Shown here: in pieces, positions 53,786 to 62,780 of the stretch | How positions within the stretch are numbered: position 1 is the stretch's first letter | Layout of the letters: every line of letters begins with the position of its first letter | From: Coriobacteriia bacterium | GTDB taxonomy: Bacteria > Actinomycetota > Coriobacteriia > Anaerosomatales > Anaerosomataceae | Assembly (NCBI GenBank): GCA_016926975.1 | Contig: JAFGNP010000006.1 | Span: 2,696-66,695, forward strand | Reading direction: 5' to 3' | DNA: 64,000 nt | Notes under the pieces: model-generated | What the model was told of the DNA's origin: nothing | Database searches by the model: none | Seen by the model: only the letters and a program-made list of their open reading frames with translations | Program-made: the position numbers and the translations under genes

Positions 53786-53944
53786 ACTGCCCCCGTTGAG
53801 AGTCTGTCTATTAGGCGCCGGTTCAGCGCGCGCCTACGCATTGTACCGCTTCCGCGCCGGATTCTGGTCAGAGCGTACACGGCTTGAAGTACGCGCTTTC
53901 CACAATGCCCTCCGAGGGCTATGATGACGCGGACAACCGAAGAT

Positions 53945-54057
53945 GGTGCAGGTGCCCGGGCAACCGGGAGAATAGGGAAGCCGGTGCGATTCCGGCGCGG
54001 ACCCGCCACTGTAACGAAGCTATCGATCGCTTCGAAGCCAGGAGACCTGCCTGTACC
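53945..54057 (+). promoter_or_regulatory. Cobalamin (B12) riboswitch aptamer
   Basis: AATAGGGAAGCCGGTGCGATTCCGGCGCGGACCCGCCACTGTAA plus the B12 box AGCCAGGAGACCTGCC. P1 is closed by GGUGCAGG (53945-52) pairing with CCUGUACC (54050-57). Confidence 0.9.
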
Positions 54058-54134
54058 AGCGCGACGCGGCCTTCGTGGTACGAGGCACACTCGCAGCGTT
54101 CTCGCCCGGCGCTCCGAACCCAGACCTCGAGCAC

Positions 54135-54172
54135 GAAGACCCCTGCCAGACGGCGAGGGTCTTCTTCGTTCT
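54135..54172 (+). terminator. Intrinsic terminator of the riboswitch expression platform
   Basis: GAAGACCCCUGCC [AGAC] GGCGAGGGUCUUC is a 13-bp stem with one mismatch, followed by UUCGUUCU. It lies 57 nt before the btuF-like ATG. Confidence 0.6.
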
Positions 54173-54228
54173 CGGGGCGCGTCATCTCTTCGGCAGGAGT
54201 GTACGGTTCGAGACGCAAGGAGGAAGAG

Positions 54229-55164
54229 ATGGAAGCACGAAATCGCATCAGAAGGTGGGTGGCGCTCGCCCTCACCGCCGCGTTGGCTCTCGGCGTACTT
54301 GCAGGATGTGGGGCCGACGAGACCACCGGGACGGACACGTTGTCGGAGGCGGCGTTTCCGGTCACGGTGACCGATGACACCGGTCGCGATGTGACGATAG
54401 CGGCCCGGCCGGAGCGCATCGTGAGCCTGGCGCCGGCCAACACCGAGATCGTTGCCGAGCTCGGTGCGCTGGACCGCCTGGTCGGCGTCACCGCGTACTG
54501 CGACTACCCGGAAGCGGTGGTCGGGATAGAGAAGGTCGGCGACTTCATGCAGCCGAATCTCGAGGCGATCGTGGCTCTCGACCCCGATCTGGTGCTGGTG
54601 ACCACCGGCGTGCAGGCGGAGATCGTCGGTCAGTTGGAAGCGCTCGGCGCTGCCGTGGTCGCGATCGACCCGCAGACTCTGGACGCGCTGTATGTCTCCA
54701 TCGGCACCGTGGGAGAGGCCATCGGCGAGACCGCCGCGGCCGACGAGCTCGTCGAGTCGATGCGCATCCAGATCGAGGACATCGGCGAGCAGGTCGAAGG
54801 TGCGCCTGTGACCTGCTTCCTTGAGATCTCGCAGGATCCGCTGTTCACGGTGGGCTCGGGTACCCTGCTCGACGATCTCATCCAGCACGCGGGCGGCCAG
54901 AACGTCGTTACCGACGAGGGCTACGTGGCGTACTCGGTGGAGCAACTCGTTGCAGCCGATCCCGATGTCTACCTGGCCACCCTCGGCTCGATGAGCGATC
55001 CGAGCGACATCATCGGTCGCCCGGGGTACTCGAACCTCTCGGCTGTGGCAGAGAACCGCGTCCACCTGCTCGACGACAACCTGGTCAGCCGCCCCGGTCC
55101 GCGCGTGGTAGAGGGCGTGCGGCTGATAGCCGAGGCGCTCCATCCGGACGTCTTCGACCAGTGA
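54229..55164 (+). CDS. Cobalamin/siderophore-type ABC substrate-binding lipoprotein (BtuF-like)
   Basis: ATG 54229 with AAGGAGGA upstream. Lipobox LAGC. RIVSLAPANTEI..ALG and DLV.. are typical of class III (PF01497-type) binding proteins. Riboswitch-controlled. Confidence 0.8.
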   Translation: MEARNRIRRWVALALTAALALGVLAGCGADETTGTDTLSEAAFPVTVTDDTGRDVTIAARPERIVSLAPANTEIVAELGALDRLVGVTAYCDYPEAVVGIEKVGDFMQPNLEAIVALDPDLVLVTTGVQAEIVGQLEALGAAVVAIDPQTLDALYVSIGTVGEAIGETAAADELVESMRIQIEDIGEQVEGAPVTCFLEISQDPLFTVGSGTLLDDLIQHAGGQNVVTDEGYVAYSVEQLVAADPDVYLATLGSMSDPSDIIGRPGYSNLSAVAENRVHLLDDNLVSRPGPRVVEGVRLIAEALHPDVFDQ

Positions 55165-55165
55165 T

Positions 55166-56191
55166 ATGACGCCCACGTCCGACAGATCGCGAGGCCCTCT
55201 CACTCTGGTGGGCCTCGGCGTGGCGCTCGTGCTCGCGCTTCTCGCGGGCGTTGCGTTCGGCGCCGTACCGATCTCGCCGGGCGATGTCGTGGGAGCCGTG
55301 TCCCGGGCGCTTGCGGGGCACGGCTCCACGCTGGCCGACGCCGTGGTCGTAGACCTCCGTCTGCCGAGGGTGCTGCTGACCGCGCTGGTAGGCGCGTCAC
55401 TCGCGCTTGCGGGCGTGCTCTACCAGGCGCTCTTCAAGAACCCGCTGGCCGACCCTTACATCCTCGGCGTGTCCTCGGGCGCCGGTCTGGGCGCCACCCT
55501 GGCGCTGGCGGTGTTCGGGACGAGCTACCTGGCCCGTGCAGCAGGCGTGCCGCTGGGGGCCTTCGCCGGAGCGGCGCTGGCGATGCTCGTTGTGGTTCGT
55601 CTGGCTTCTCGAAGGGGCCGAATGGACCCCACGTCGCTTCTGCTCGCGGGCATCGCGATCTCCTACATCCTCTCGGCGCTGACATCGTTCGTCCTGCTGT
55701 TCAACCGGGAGTCGATGACGAGCGTCGTCTACTGGATGATGGGCAGCCTCGGCAGCAGGTCCTGGGAGCACGTGGGGATACTGGCGGTGATGTTCTCTCT
55801 GGGTGCCGTGATCCCGGTGCTTTACCACCGCGAGCTCGACCTGATGCTTCTGGGTGACGAGCGCGCCGGGCAGCTGGGAGTATCGGTGGAGAGGTTCAAG
55901 CTGCTTGCTCTGGGCTCGGCGTCGCTCGTGGTGGCCGGAGCCGTTTCGGTGTCCGGGCTCATCGGCTTTGTCGGCCTGATGACGCCGCACATGGTAAGGC
56001 TCGTGCTCGGCCCGCGGCACCGGCTGCTGCTTCCGGCTTCCGTTCTCACAGGAGCGATCGTGCTCGTGCTAGCCGACCTCATCGCACGGGTGGTGCTGGC
56101 ACCGGTGGAGATCCCGGTGGGCATCATCACCGCGCTCGCCGGCGGGCCGTTCTTCATCTGGCTTCTGATCCGCAAGGAGCGTGCGAGATGA
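55166..56191 (+). CDS. FecCD/BtuC family ABC permease
   Basis: 341 aa, polytopic, with RLPRVL..LVGA.LA.AG...Q..F.NPLADP.ILG.SSGA and a C-terminal PVG..TAL.G.PFF. Confidence 0.9.
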   Translation: MTPTSDRSRGPLTLVGLGVALVLALLAGVAFGAVPISPGDVVGAVSRALAGHGSTLADAVVVDLRLPRVLLTALVGASLALAGVLYQALFKNPLADPYILGVSSGAGLGATLALAVFGTSYLARAAGVPLGAFAGAALAMLVVVRLASRRGRMDPTSLLLAGIAISYILSALTSFVLLFNRESMTSVVYWMMGSLGSRSWEHVGILAVMFSLGAVIPVLYHRELDLMLLGDERAGQLGVSVERFKLLALGSASLVVAGAVSVSGLIGFVGLMTPHMVRLVLGPRHRLLLPASVLTGAIVLVLADLIARVVLAPVEIPVGIITALAGGPFFIWLLIRKERAR

Positions 56192-57462
56192 GCGGCGCTG
56201 GTGGCACCGCGCTGGCATTCGAGGCTGCGGCGGTAGGCTACGGCGACCGCACCGTGGTGCACGGAGTGTCCTTCGAGGTGCGCGCCGGTGAGTTCGTAGG
56301 TCTCGTGGGGCCCAACGGTGCTGGCAAGTCCACACTGCTGCGTGCGGTGACCGGGGGCGCCGATATCGGTGAGGGAGACATCACCAGCGAGGGAGCGTCC
56401 CTGCTGCGTATGCCCGACCGGGACCGCGCGCGATTGGTGGGCGTGGTCCCGCAGTCCGCGGTCGCGCTCTTCGCCTTCACGGCGCGCGCGTTCGTCGAGA
56501 TGGGCCGCCACCCGCATCTGGGGCGGCTCGCCGCACTCGGCCAGGAAGACGATGCGGTGGTCGACGGAGTGATGGAGCGGACCGATACCTCGCGGTTGGC
56601 TGCGGAGCGCGTGGACGAGCTTTCCGGCGGTGACCTGCAGCGCCTGACACTCGCGCAGGCTCTTGCCCAGCAGCCGCGAGTGCTGCTCCTCGACGAGCCG
56701 ACGAGTCACCTCGACCTCAACCACGCACTCCAGGTGCTCGATCTCGTGCGCTCGCTGGCCGACGGCGGGATGGCCGTGCTCGGTGTCTTCCACGACCTCG
56801 GCATCGCTGCGCGCTATGCCGACCGCATCGCGATCGTCGCTGACGGTCGCGTGACGCCTCCCGTGCCGCCTGCCGAGGCGTTGAGTGCGCGGGTCGTCTC
56901 CGACGTCTTCGGGGTCCGGGCGGTAGTGCGCACGGATCCCGTGACCGGCAGCGTTGCGGTTACGCCGGTGCTGCGTGGCGAGGACCTCGAGCGGCATGCC
57001 GAGCTGGGCACTGTCGGTCTGGTGTGCGGTTCGGGTGCCGGGGCATCGCTCATGCGGCAGCTCATGCTCGCAGGCTACGGCGTTGCCGCCGGGGCGCTCA
57101 ACCGCGGCGACGTCGACCAGTCGGTCGCCGAGGCGCTCGGCGCGGGGTACGTGCCGCTGCCGCCTTTCGACGAAGTGGGGCCGGTCGCCTCGGCCGAGGT
57201 CGCGGGCTCCTTTGCGAGCGCCGCGTGCGTCGTGGTGTGTCCGACGCCGTTCGGCAGGTCGAACCTCCCGAACTTGCAGGCGGCGATCGATTCAGGGAGG
57301 CCGCTCGTGCTGATGGGCGACATGGACGCCGAGCGCGACTTCACCGGAGGTGAGGCCACGAAGCTGTGGGCCGAGGCGCTGGCCGCGGGAGCCGAGCGGG
57401 TAGAGACTGAGGCAGAGGCGCTCGAGGTCGTCGGGCGACACGGCGGAGCGGAGAGGCGATGA
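56188..57462 (+). CDS. ABC transporter ATPase (BtuD/FepC-like) with about 160-aa C-terminal extra domain
   Basis: Walker A GPNGAGKST, signature LSGGDLQR and Walker B LLLDEP lie in residues 1-260. Residues about 265-424 form an additional Gly/Ala-rich domain (VGLVCGSGAGASLMRQL...). Confidence 0.85.
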   Translation: MSGAGGTALAFEAAAVGYGDRTVVHGVSFEVRAGEFVGLVGPNGAGKSTLLRAVTGGADIGEGDITSEGASLLRMPDRDRARLVGVVPQSAVALFAFTARAFVEMGRHPHLGRLAALGQEDDAVVDGVMERTDTSRLAAERVDELSGGDLQRLTLAQALAQQPRVLLLDEPTSHLDLNHALQVLDLVRSLADGGMAVLGVFHDLGIAARYADRIAIVADGRVTPPVPPAEALSARVVSDVFGVRAVVRTDPVTGSVAVTPVLRGEDLERHAELGTVGLVCGSGAGASLMRQLMLAGYGVAAGALNRGDVDQSVAEALGAGYVPLPPFDEVGPVASAEVAGSFASAACVVVCPTPFGRSNLPNLQAAIDSGRPLVLMGDMDAERDFTGGEATKLWAEALAAGAERVETEAEALEVVGRHGGAERR

Positions 57463-57989
57463 CTTCGGCAGAAAGCGGGCTCGTCCAGGTCTACACCGGC
57501 GACGGCAAGGGCAAGACTACAGCTGCCGTGGGCCTTGCAGTACGCGCTGTCGGCGTCGGCATGACAGTGGCGTTCGTGCAGTTCGTGAAGGGCGGCAGCC
57601 GGTCAGGCGAGCTCGCGGTTCTGGAGGAGCTCGGCGTTCGCGTCGAGCGCCCCGCTGTGCACTCCACCGGGCTGCTCGGCGGCGGACTCACGGACGACGA
57701 CCGCGAGGCTGCTCGTGAAGCGTGGGAGATCGCGGCCGGAATCCTTAGCACAGCCGAGTACGACGTCGTGGTCCTCGACGAGATCAACGTGGCGATGCGC
57801 TACGAACTGGTGGCGGAAGCCGATGTGCTCGCCACACTCGACGCGCGGTTGCCGGGCGTGGAGGTCGTGCTGACCGGGCGGGGAGCGTCTGAGGCTCTGA
57901 TCGCCCGGGCGGATCTCGTCACCGAGATGGTGGCGCGCAAGCACCCGTTCGAGGCTGGCGTCCCCGCCCGACGCGGGATCGAGTACTGA
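57459..57989 (+). CDS. cobO: Cob(I)yrinic acid a,c-diamide / cob(I)alamin adenosyltransferase (CobO/BtuR type)
   Basis: VYTGDGKGKTTAA.G.A.RA.G.G..V..VQF.KG ... VVLDE ... TGR is the classical CobA/CobO pattern. Confidence 0.9.
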   Translation: MTSAESGLVQVYTGDGKGKTTAAVGLAVRAVGVGMTVAFVQFVKGGSRSGELAVLEELGVRVERPAVHSTGLLGGGLTDDDREAAREAWEIAAGILSTAEYDVVVLDEINVAMRYELVAEADVLATLDARLPGVEVVLTGRGASEALIARADLVTEMVARKHPFEAGVPARRGIEY

Positions 57990-57996
57990 GCGAGTC

Positions 57997-58758
57997 CTAG
58001 AGCCCGCAGCCGGCGATCTCGTTCCGCGCTACCGTCTCCAGCGCGGCTGTCTGCCGGAGGGCCTTCGCCAGCGCGGTACGCGCCGAGGCCGGCGTGTTGT
58101 TCTGCTCCGAGATGTGCAGCGCGAACACATGCGACAGACCCTTCCAGCCGAGTGTGCCGAGTGCCGCTGCCGCGGCGGCGTTGGAGAGGTGCCCGCGGTC
58201 GCCCGCGATTCTCCGCTTGAGGAACGGCGGGTACGGCCCCTCGGCCAACATCTTCTCGTCGTGGTTCGATTCGAGCCCGATCGCGTGACACCCGCGGAGC
58301 GCTTCGGCTATCTCAGGCGTGACCACTCCGGTGTCGGTGGCTACCCCGATGCGATGCCCGTTTCGGCTCTCGAAGGTGTAGCCGCACGACTCGGAGGCGT
58401 CATGTGCGGTCGGGAACGAGGTCACTCGCATTCCGGCCACAGAGAACCGGTCCTGGCGCCGGATGGCAGAGGTCTCGGGGACGTCGGCCAGACACCGGGC
58501 GGCGGCCTGCAGCGTTCCCGGGGTGCCCATGACCGGCACGCCGAGGCGTCTTGCAAGCACGCGCGCTCCTCGTACGTGGTCGACGTGCTCATGGGTCAGC
58601 AGAATCGCCTCTATGCGTGCGTCGCTGCCGCCGGCTGCGGTGATCCGGCGCATTGTCTCGCGGGCCGAGATGCCCACATCGAGCAGGACGGCGCGGCCGC
58701 CCGACTCGATGAGAGCCGAGTTGCCCGACGATCCGGATGCGAGAACGATCAGGCGCAT
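57997..58758 (-). CDS. MBL-fold metallo-hydrolase (YycJ/PhnP-like)
   Basis: MRLIVLASGSSGNSALIE..LLDVG...LLTHEHVDHVRG. ATG 58758 is used. The upstream part of track ORF 57997..58953 is not credible. Confidence 0.8.
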   Translation of the reverse strand: MRLIVLASGSSGNSALIESGGRAVLLDVGISARETMRRITAAGGSDARIEAILLTHEHVDHVRGARVLARRLGVPVMGTPGTLQAAARCLADVPETSAIRRQDRFSVAGMRVTSFPTAHDASESCGYTFESRNGHRIGVATDTGVVTPEIAEALRGCHAIGLESNHDEKMLAEGPYPPFLKRRIAGDRGHLSNAAAAAALGTLGWKGLSHVFALHISEQNNTPASARTALAKALRQTAALETVARNEIAGCGL

Positions 58759-58921
58759 GAGAGCGCTGCGGGTCCAAGGTGGCGTGGCATGTGAGGATTG
58801 TACCGTGCCGGGCTGACATCCGCTTGCCCGCGTCGTCTCATCGCGCGAGAAGCGGACCGTCGGTGGGAATACTCTGTTGAGGCAAACGCACGGGATTCTG
58901 TTTCCTGCCGGAGGAGGGGAA

Positions 58922-59284
58922 ATGGCCAAGGACCGTTGGTCACTCCGCAACATCTACATGTACCTGGTGTGTCTCATCACGCTGATAATGGTCATCGTGG
59001 CGGCCGTCGGCCTAGTTCGCAGCTCTGTGGAGCTGGCGTATCCGGATCCCGGCTACTACATGGACAAGCCCTTGGACGATGACGGTGAGCCTGTCTACAG
59101 CGAAGAGGAGTGGGAGAGGCAGATGGAGGCGCAGGAGGCCTCCAGCCGCCGTTATGCCGTCTTGAGCCTGGTGGGCAACGCCGCGATGGTGTTGATCGCA
59201 GGCCCGCTGTACGTCTACCACTGGCGCAAGATCGAAGTCGAGCATATCGACAAACCCGCGGTCGAGCAGGCGACAGGGGCGTAG
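58922..59284 (+). CDS. Small 2-TM membrane protein (hypothetical)
   Basis: 120 aa from ATG 58922 with GGAGGGG upstream. Two hydrophobic helices flank an acidic loop. Confidence 0.5.
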   Translation: MAKDRWSLRNIYMYLVCLITLIMVIVAAVGLVRSSVELAYPDPGYYMDKPLDDDGEPVYSEEEWERQMEAQEASSRRYAVLSLVGNAAMVLIAGPLYVYHWRKIEVEHIDKPAVEQATGA

Positions 59285-59333
59285 CCGCCCGATCGATAAG
59301 GTCCCGCATAGATGGCACGCAAGGAGGAACGGC

Positions 59334-59579
59334 ATGACCGTGAAGGTGTTCGCCCTATCGACCTGCCCGTACTGCCGAATGGCACGCAAGTATCTTGACG
59401 ACAACGGTGTCGCCTACGAGGTCGTTGAAGTCGATCTTCTCGAAGGTGACGAGAGATCTGCTGCGGTCGCCGAGGTGAAGGAGATATCGGGGGGCACGTC
59501 GTTTCCAGTGATGCTGCTCGATGGAGAGCTGATAGTAGGCTTCAACAAGAAGCGGATGAAGGAGCTGTTGGGTCTGTGA
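59334..59579 (+). CDS. Glutaredoxin/NrdH-like small redoxin (CPYC)
   Basis: 81 aa reading VKVFALSTCPYCRMARKYLDDNGV.YEVV.VD...TSFPVMLLDGELIVGF. Confidence 0.85.
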   Translation: MTVKVFALSTCPYCRMARKYLDDNGVAYEVVEVDLLEGDERSAAVAEVKEISGGTSFPVMLLDGELIVGFNKKRMKELLGL

Positions 59580-60253
59580 GCGAGGGGGAGGGGCGCTCCG
59601 TCCGTCGGCGCTTCGCCGAGGGGACGACGGTAGACGATCTCAGGGTCTACATGGGTCCGTTTGTCGCCACTCTCGGCTACAAGTTCAACACTGAGGCGGA
59701 CTTCGTGGACGAGGTCCTGAACTCGGAGATCGAGATACTGGACGCTACCGGCGATGTCTACTGCCCGTGTCGCATCCGTACGGGCGATCCCAAAGAGGAC
59801 CTCAAGATCGTCTGTCCGTGTATTCCTTTCCACTCAGAGCAGTTCGCCGCGATGCGCAAGTGCTGGTGTGGGCTGTTCATCCGGGATGATGTCGAAGATG
59901 GCGCAGATCTCCTCGGCGTGATCGAAGAGCCTTCACCCGGCGAGAGAGTGGAAGTCCCTGTCTGCCGGGTGAGCGACCTCGCGCCGGGACAGGTCCGGCA
60001 CGTGAAGGTGGGAAGGTCGGATGTCGCGATAGCGCGTGTTGCCGACGAGTTCTTCGCCCTCTCGAACGTCTGCAGGCATGCCTTCGGGCCTCTGTCCGAC
60101 GGGGTCCTAGAGGGGTACGAAGTGATGTGCCCGTGGCACGGCTGGCGTTACGACGTGCGCGACGGATCGACCGATCATCCGGATGCCGACGTGAAGACGT
60201 ACCCGGTTGTCGTGCGCGACGGGTTGGTCCTGGTGAGCGTCACCGCAAGGTAG
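59576..60253 (+). CDS. Ferredoxin:thioredoxin reductase catalytic-subunit-like domain fused to a Rieske [2Fe-2S] domain
   Basis: N-terminal half: YCPCR-x14-CPC-x13-CWCGLF, compared with FTR-c CPC..CPC..CHC. C-terminal half: CRH-x16-CPWH, a Rieske CxH...CxxH. GTG overlaps the glutaredoxin stop (GTGA). Confidence 0.7.
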   Translation: MSEGEGRSVRRRFAEGTTVDDLRVYMGPFVATLGYKFNTEADFVDEVLNSEIEILDATGDVYCPCRIRTGDPKEDLKIVCPCIPFHSEQFAAMRKCWCGLFIRDDVEDGADLLGVIEEPSPGERVEVPVCRVSDLAPGQVRHVKVGRSDVAIARVADEFFALSNVCRHAFGPLSDGVLEGYEVMCPWHGWRYDVRDGSTDHPDADVKTYPVVVRDGLVLVSVTAR

Positions 60254-60271
60254 GCTTCGGTGAACGGGACG

Positions 60272-61204
60272 CTACCCGGCGCTCTCGCCCTTCTCCTTGA
60301 ACAGTTCGGCTATCCCGCCGATGGATCCCAGCACGCCGGAGATCTCCATCGGTAGGAAGACCTTGTTCGCTGCGCCGTTAGCGATGAACTTGAGCGCTTC
60401 GAGATAGCGGATCGCGATGAGATCGTTGGTTGGGTCACCCTCGTGGATCGCGGCGAACACGCTCTTGATGGCGAGTGCCTCACCTTCGGCTACCGTCAGC
60501 TTCTGGAACTTCTCGGCTTCGGCCACTTCCTTGATCGCGTTGGCCTTGCCCTGCGCGTCGAGTATGGCCGCCTCCTTGGATCCTTCGGCCCGAGTGATGG
60601 CGGCCTGCTTGTCGCCGTCTGCCTCCAGGATGACCGCACGGCGCGTGCGCTCGGCCTTCATCTGGCGGTGCATCGCCTCGGTGACGTCGGTGGGTGGCTC
60701 GATGCGCTGGAGTTCGACGCGCACCACGCGCACGCCCCACTTGTCGGTGGCATCGTCGAGTATCTGGCGCAGCGCGGCGTTGATCTGCTCGCGGCTGGTG
60801 AGCGATTCGTCGAGCTGCATCTCGCCGATGACGTTGCGCAGGTTGGTCTGGGCGAGCTTGGTGGCCGCGATGTAGAAGTTGGCGACGTTGTAGACGAGTT
60901 TCACCGGGTCGGTGGCCTCGTAGTAGACGACCGCGTCCACGGTCACGACCACGTTGTCCTTCGTGATGACTTCCTGCGGCGGCACATCCACGACGTTCTC
61001 GCGCATGTCCACCTTGGTGAGCTTGTCTATGACCGGGATGATGATGGTCAGTCCCGAGTCCACCGTTCGCTGGTACTTGCCGAGCCGTTCTATCAGACCC
61101 TTCTCGTAAGGCCTGACGATGCGGATGCCCGCAAGCGCGTAGAAGAAGAGCACCGAGAGTACGATCAGGCCGAACACGATCACGAAGACGACTGCACCCT
61201 CCAT
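60272..61204 (-). CDS. SPFH/band-7 (stomatin-like) protein
   Basis: 310 aa with an N-terminal TM and the [16 protein letters not shown]...[10 protein letters not shown]...AEGEA pattern. Confidence 0.9.
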   Translation of the reverse strand: MEGAVVFVIVFGLIVLSVLFFYALAGIRIVRPYEKGLIERLGKYQRTVDSGLTIIIPVIDKLTKVDMRENVVDVPPQEVITKDNVVVTVDAVVYYEATDPVKLVYNVANFYIAATKLAQTNLRNVIGEMQLDESLTSREQINAALRQILDDATDKWGVRVVRVELQRIEPPTDVTEAMHRQMKAERTRRAVILEADGDKQAAITRAEGSKEAAILDAQGKANAIKEVAEAEKFQKLTVAEGEALAIKSVFAAIHEGDPTNDLIAIRYLEALKFIANGAANKVFLPMEISGVLGSIGGIAELFKEKGESAG

Positions 61205-61206
61205 GG

Positions 61207-61662
61207 CTACTCCTCCGCTTCCGGTTCGGAACCAGCACGATGCACGATGAGATGCGTGCCCACGATGCTGTCAACGATTACGCGCGAGCCCGTTGGTATC
61301 ACGTCAATCCCTGTGGCGTCCGCGCGCCACTCTTCGCGCTCTATGCGGATTCGTCCGCCGCCGTCACCGGGCTCCACGTCCTCGATCACCGTGCCTTGCT
61401 TACCGATGAGACGGTCCGCGCCCATCTTCTCGGGGGGTTCATGAGTGACCTTGTCGGAGAAGCGCCGCAGGCTGAACAGCATCAGGGCGGATACGCCGAG
61501 AAAGGCGAGCCACTGCCAGCCTACGGCTGCGTCGAAGAACGTGAGTACCGCTGCCACAGCTGCGCCGATGCCGAACGGCAGGAGAAAGAAGCCCGCCGTG
61601 AACATCTCGCCGACTATCAGGGCGGCTGCCAGTGCTGCCCACACCCAAACCCAGACGTTCAT
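61207..61662 (-). CDS. NfeD family membrane protein
   Basis: 151 aa with three TM helices and a C-terminal OB-like domain ([24 protein letters not shown]). The classic operon partner of stomatin. Confidence 0.85.
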   Translation of the reverse strand: MNVWVWVWAALAAALIVGEMFTAGFFLLPFGIGAAVAAVLTFFDAAVGWQWLAFLGVSALMLFSLRRFSDKVTHEPPEKMGADRLIGKQGTVIEDVEPGDGGGRIRIEREEWRADATGIDVIPTGSRVIVDSIVGTHLIVHRAGSEPEAEE

Positions 61663-61734
61663 GCGCGCCTTCCCCTCTTCGAGGCCGCCAGTGCAGAAGT
61701 ACCCGTGGAGGGCGGAGCGAAAACGGTGATTGCG

Positions 61735-62634
61735 CTAGTTGGGTACTTCCTCCGCCTCGTCGCCGAGTGGCGTGAAGCCGCGCTCTGCCGCGACGCACTC
61801 AAGCGGCACCAGTACGATCTCCTCGAGTTCGGGGACCGCTCTGACGGTCAGCTCTTTCTCGACCGAGACGGGGGTGTAGCCATGACAGCTCTTGCACGTG
61901 TGCACGCGATGCCCCGGGTCCTTCTCATCGTAAAGATACTCGAGGTCTTCCTGCCTGCGCGTGCCGCACCGGGCGCATCGCACGCGTGCGTACTCCCACT
62001 GGGTTCGACACAGCGGGCAGCTCAGCCACCGGCGCCCGCCCTGTAGCTCGCCTTCGTCTCGGACGATCCCGGAAGAGGCCGGAGTCCCGCATACCGGGCA
62101 CAATCCGGAGTCCCACATGAGCCAGTCGAACTTGCCCGCAGCCTCCACGGCCCTCTTCGCCGGTCCGATCAGGAACGGCGTGATGGCTTCGGCAAGCACG
62201 AACGACAGCAGCGGCTCAGTGATGCGCTCGTCGGCCACCGAACCGGCAACCAGCTGAACGAAGACATCGTAGCCCGACAGCGCTTTGCCGAGGGCGTCTT
62301 CGGAGACTGCGGCACCAAGGTCGGCCTCCCTGAGGGCTGTCACCTGGTCGTCGGGAAGCCCTGACTCCTCAGCCATCAGCGCTGCGATCGCCCGCACGGC
62401 CTCACGGTAGGGCTCGAGGGGGATCTCGGGAGCGGCCAGGGAGAACAACGTACGGTGCTGCTTGAGGACCTTCTGGACTTCGTCAACCGATGAATCCAGG
62501 GTGTACCCGGAGGCCAGCTCCGAGAACCTGCTCTGCGCCTCCCAGAGCTTCTCGAACAGTGCGAGCTGATGCTCGAGGTCGGGGCGTTCGGCCCTGTACT
62601 TCTCGACCGCTTTGGCCCGTGCGGAATCAGTCAT
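61735..62634 (-). CDS. fdhE: FdhE-like formate dehydrogenase accessory protein
   Basis: 299 aa with C-terminal rubredoxin-like CPVCG...CPLC...CARCG...CKSCHGY clusters typical of FdhE. Confidence 0.75.
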   Translation of the reverse strand: MTDSARAKAVEKYRAERPDLEHQLALFEKLWEAQSRFSELASGYTLDSSVDEVQKVLKQHRTLFSLAAPEIPLEPYREAVRAIAALMAEESGLPDDQVTALREADLGAAVSEDALGKALSGYDVFVQLVAGSVADERITEPLLSFVLAEAITPFLIGPAKRAVEAAGKFDWLMWDSGLCPVCGTPASSGIVRDEGELQGGRRWLSCPLCRTQWEYARVRCARCGTRRQEDLEYLYDEKDPGHRVHTCKSCHGYTPVSVEKELTVRAVPELEEIVLVPLECVAAERGFTPLGDEAEEVPN

Positions 62635-62780
62635 GGTACCTCCAAGTAGTCATCCCTTACCCGTGGGACCCCGTCGTACCCCCGCGTTTCGCCGACGCGT
62701 ATGCCGGACGCATCGCTACGCGGGTACAATGGTACAGAGGCCACCAGGTCAGTCTACACGTTTGTGAGGAGGGACGGGGT

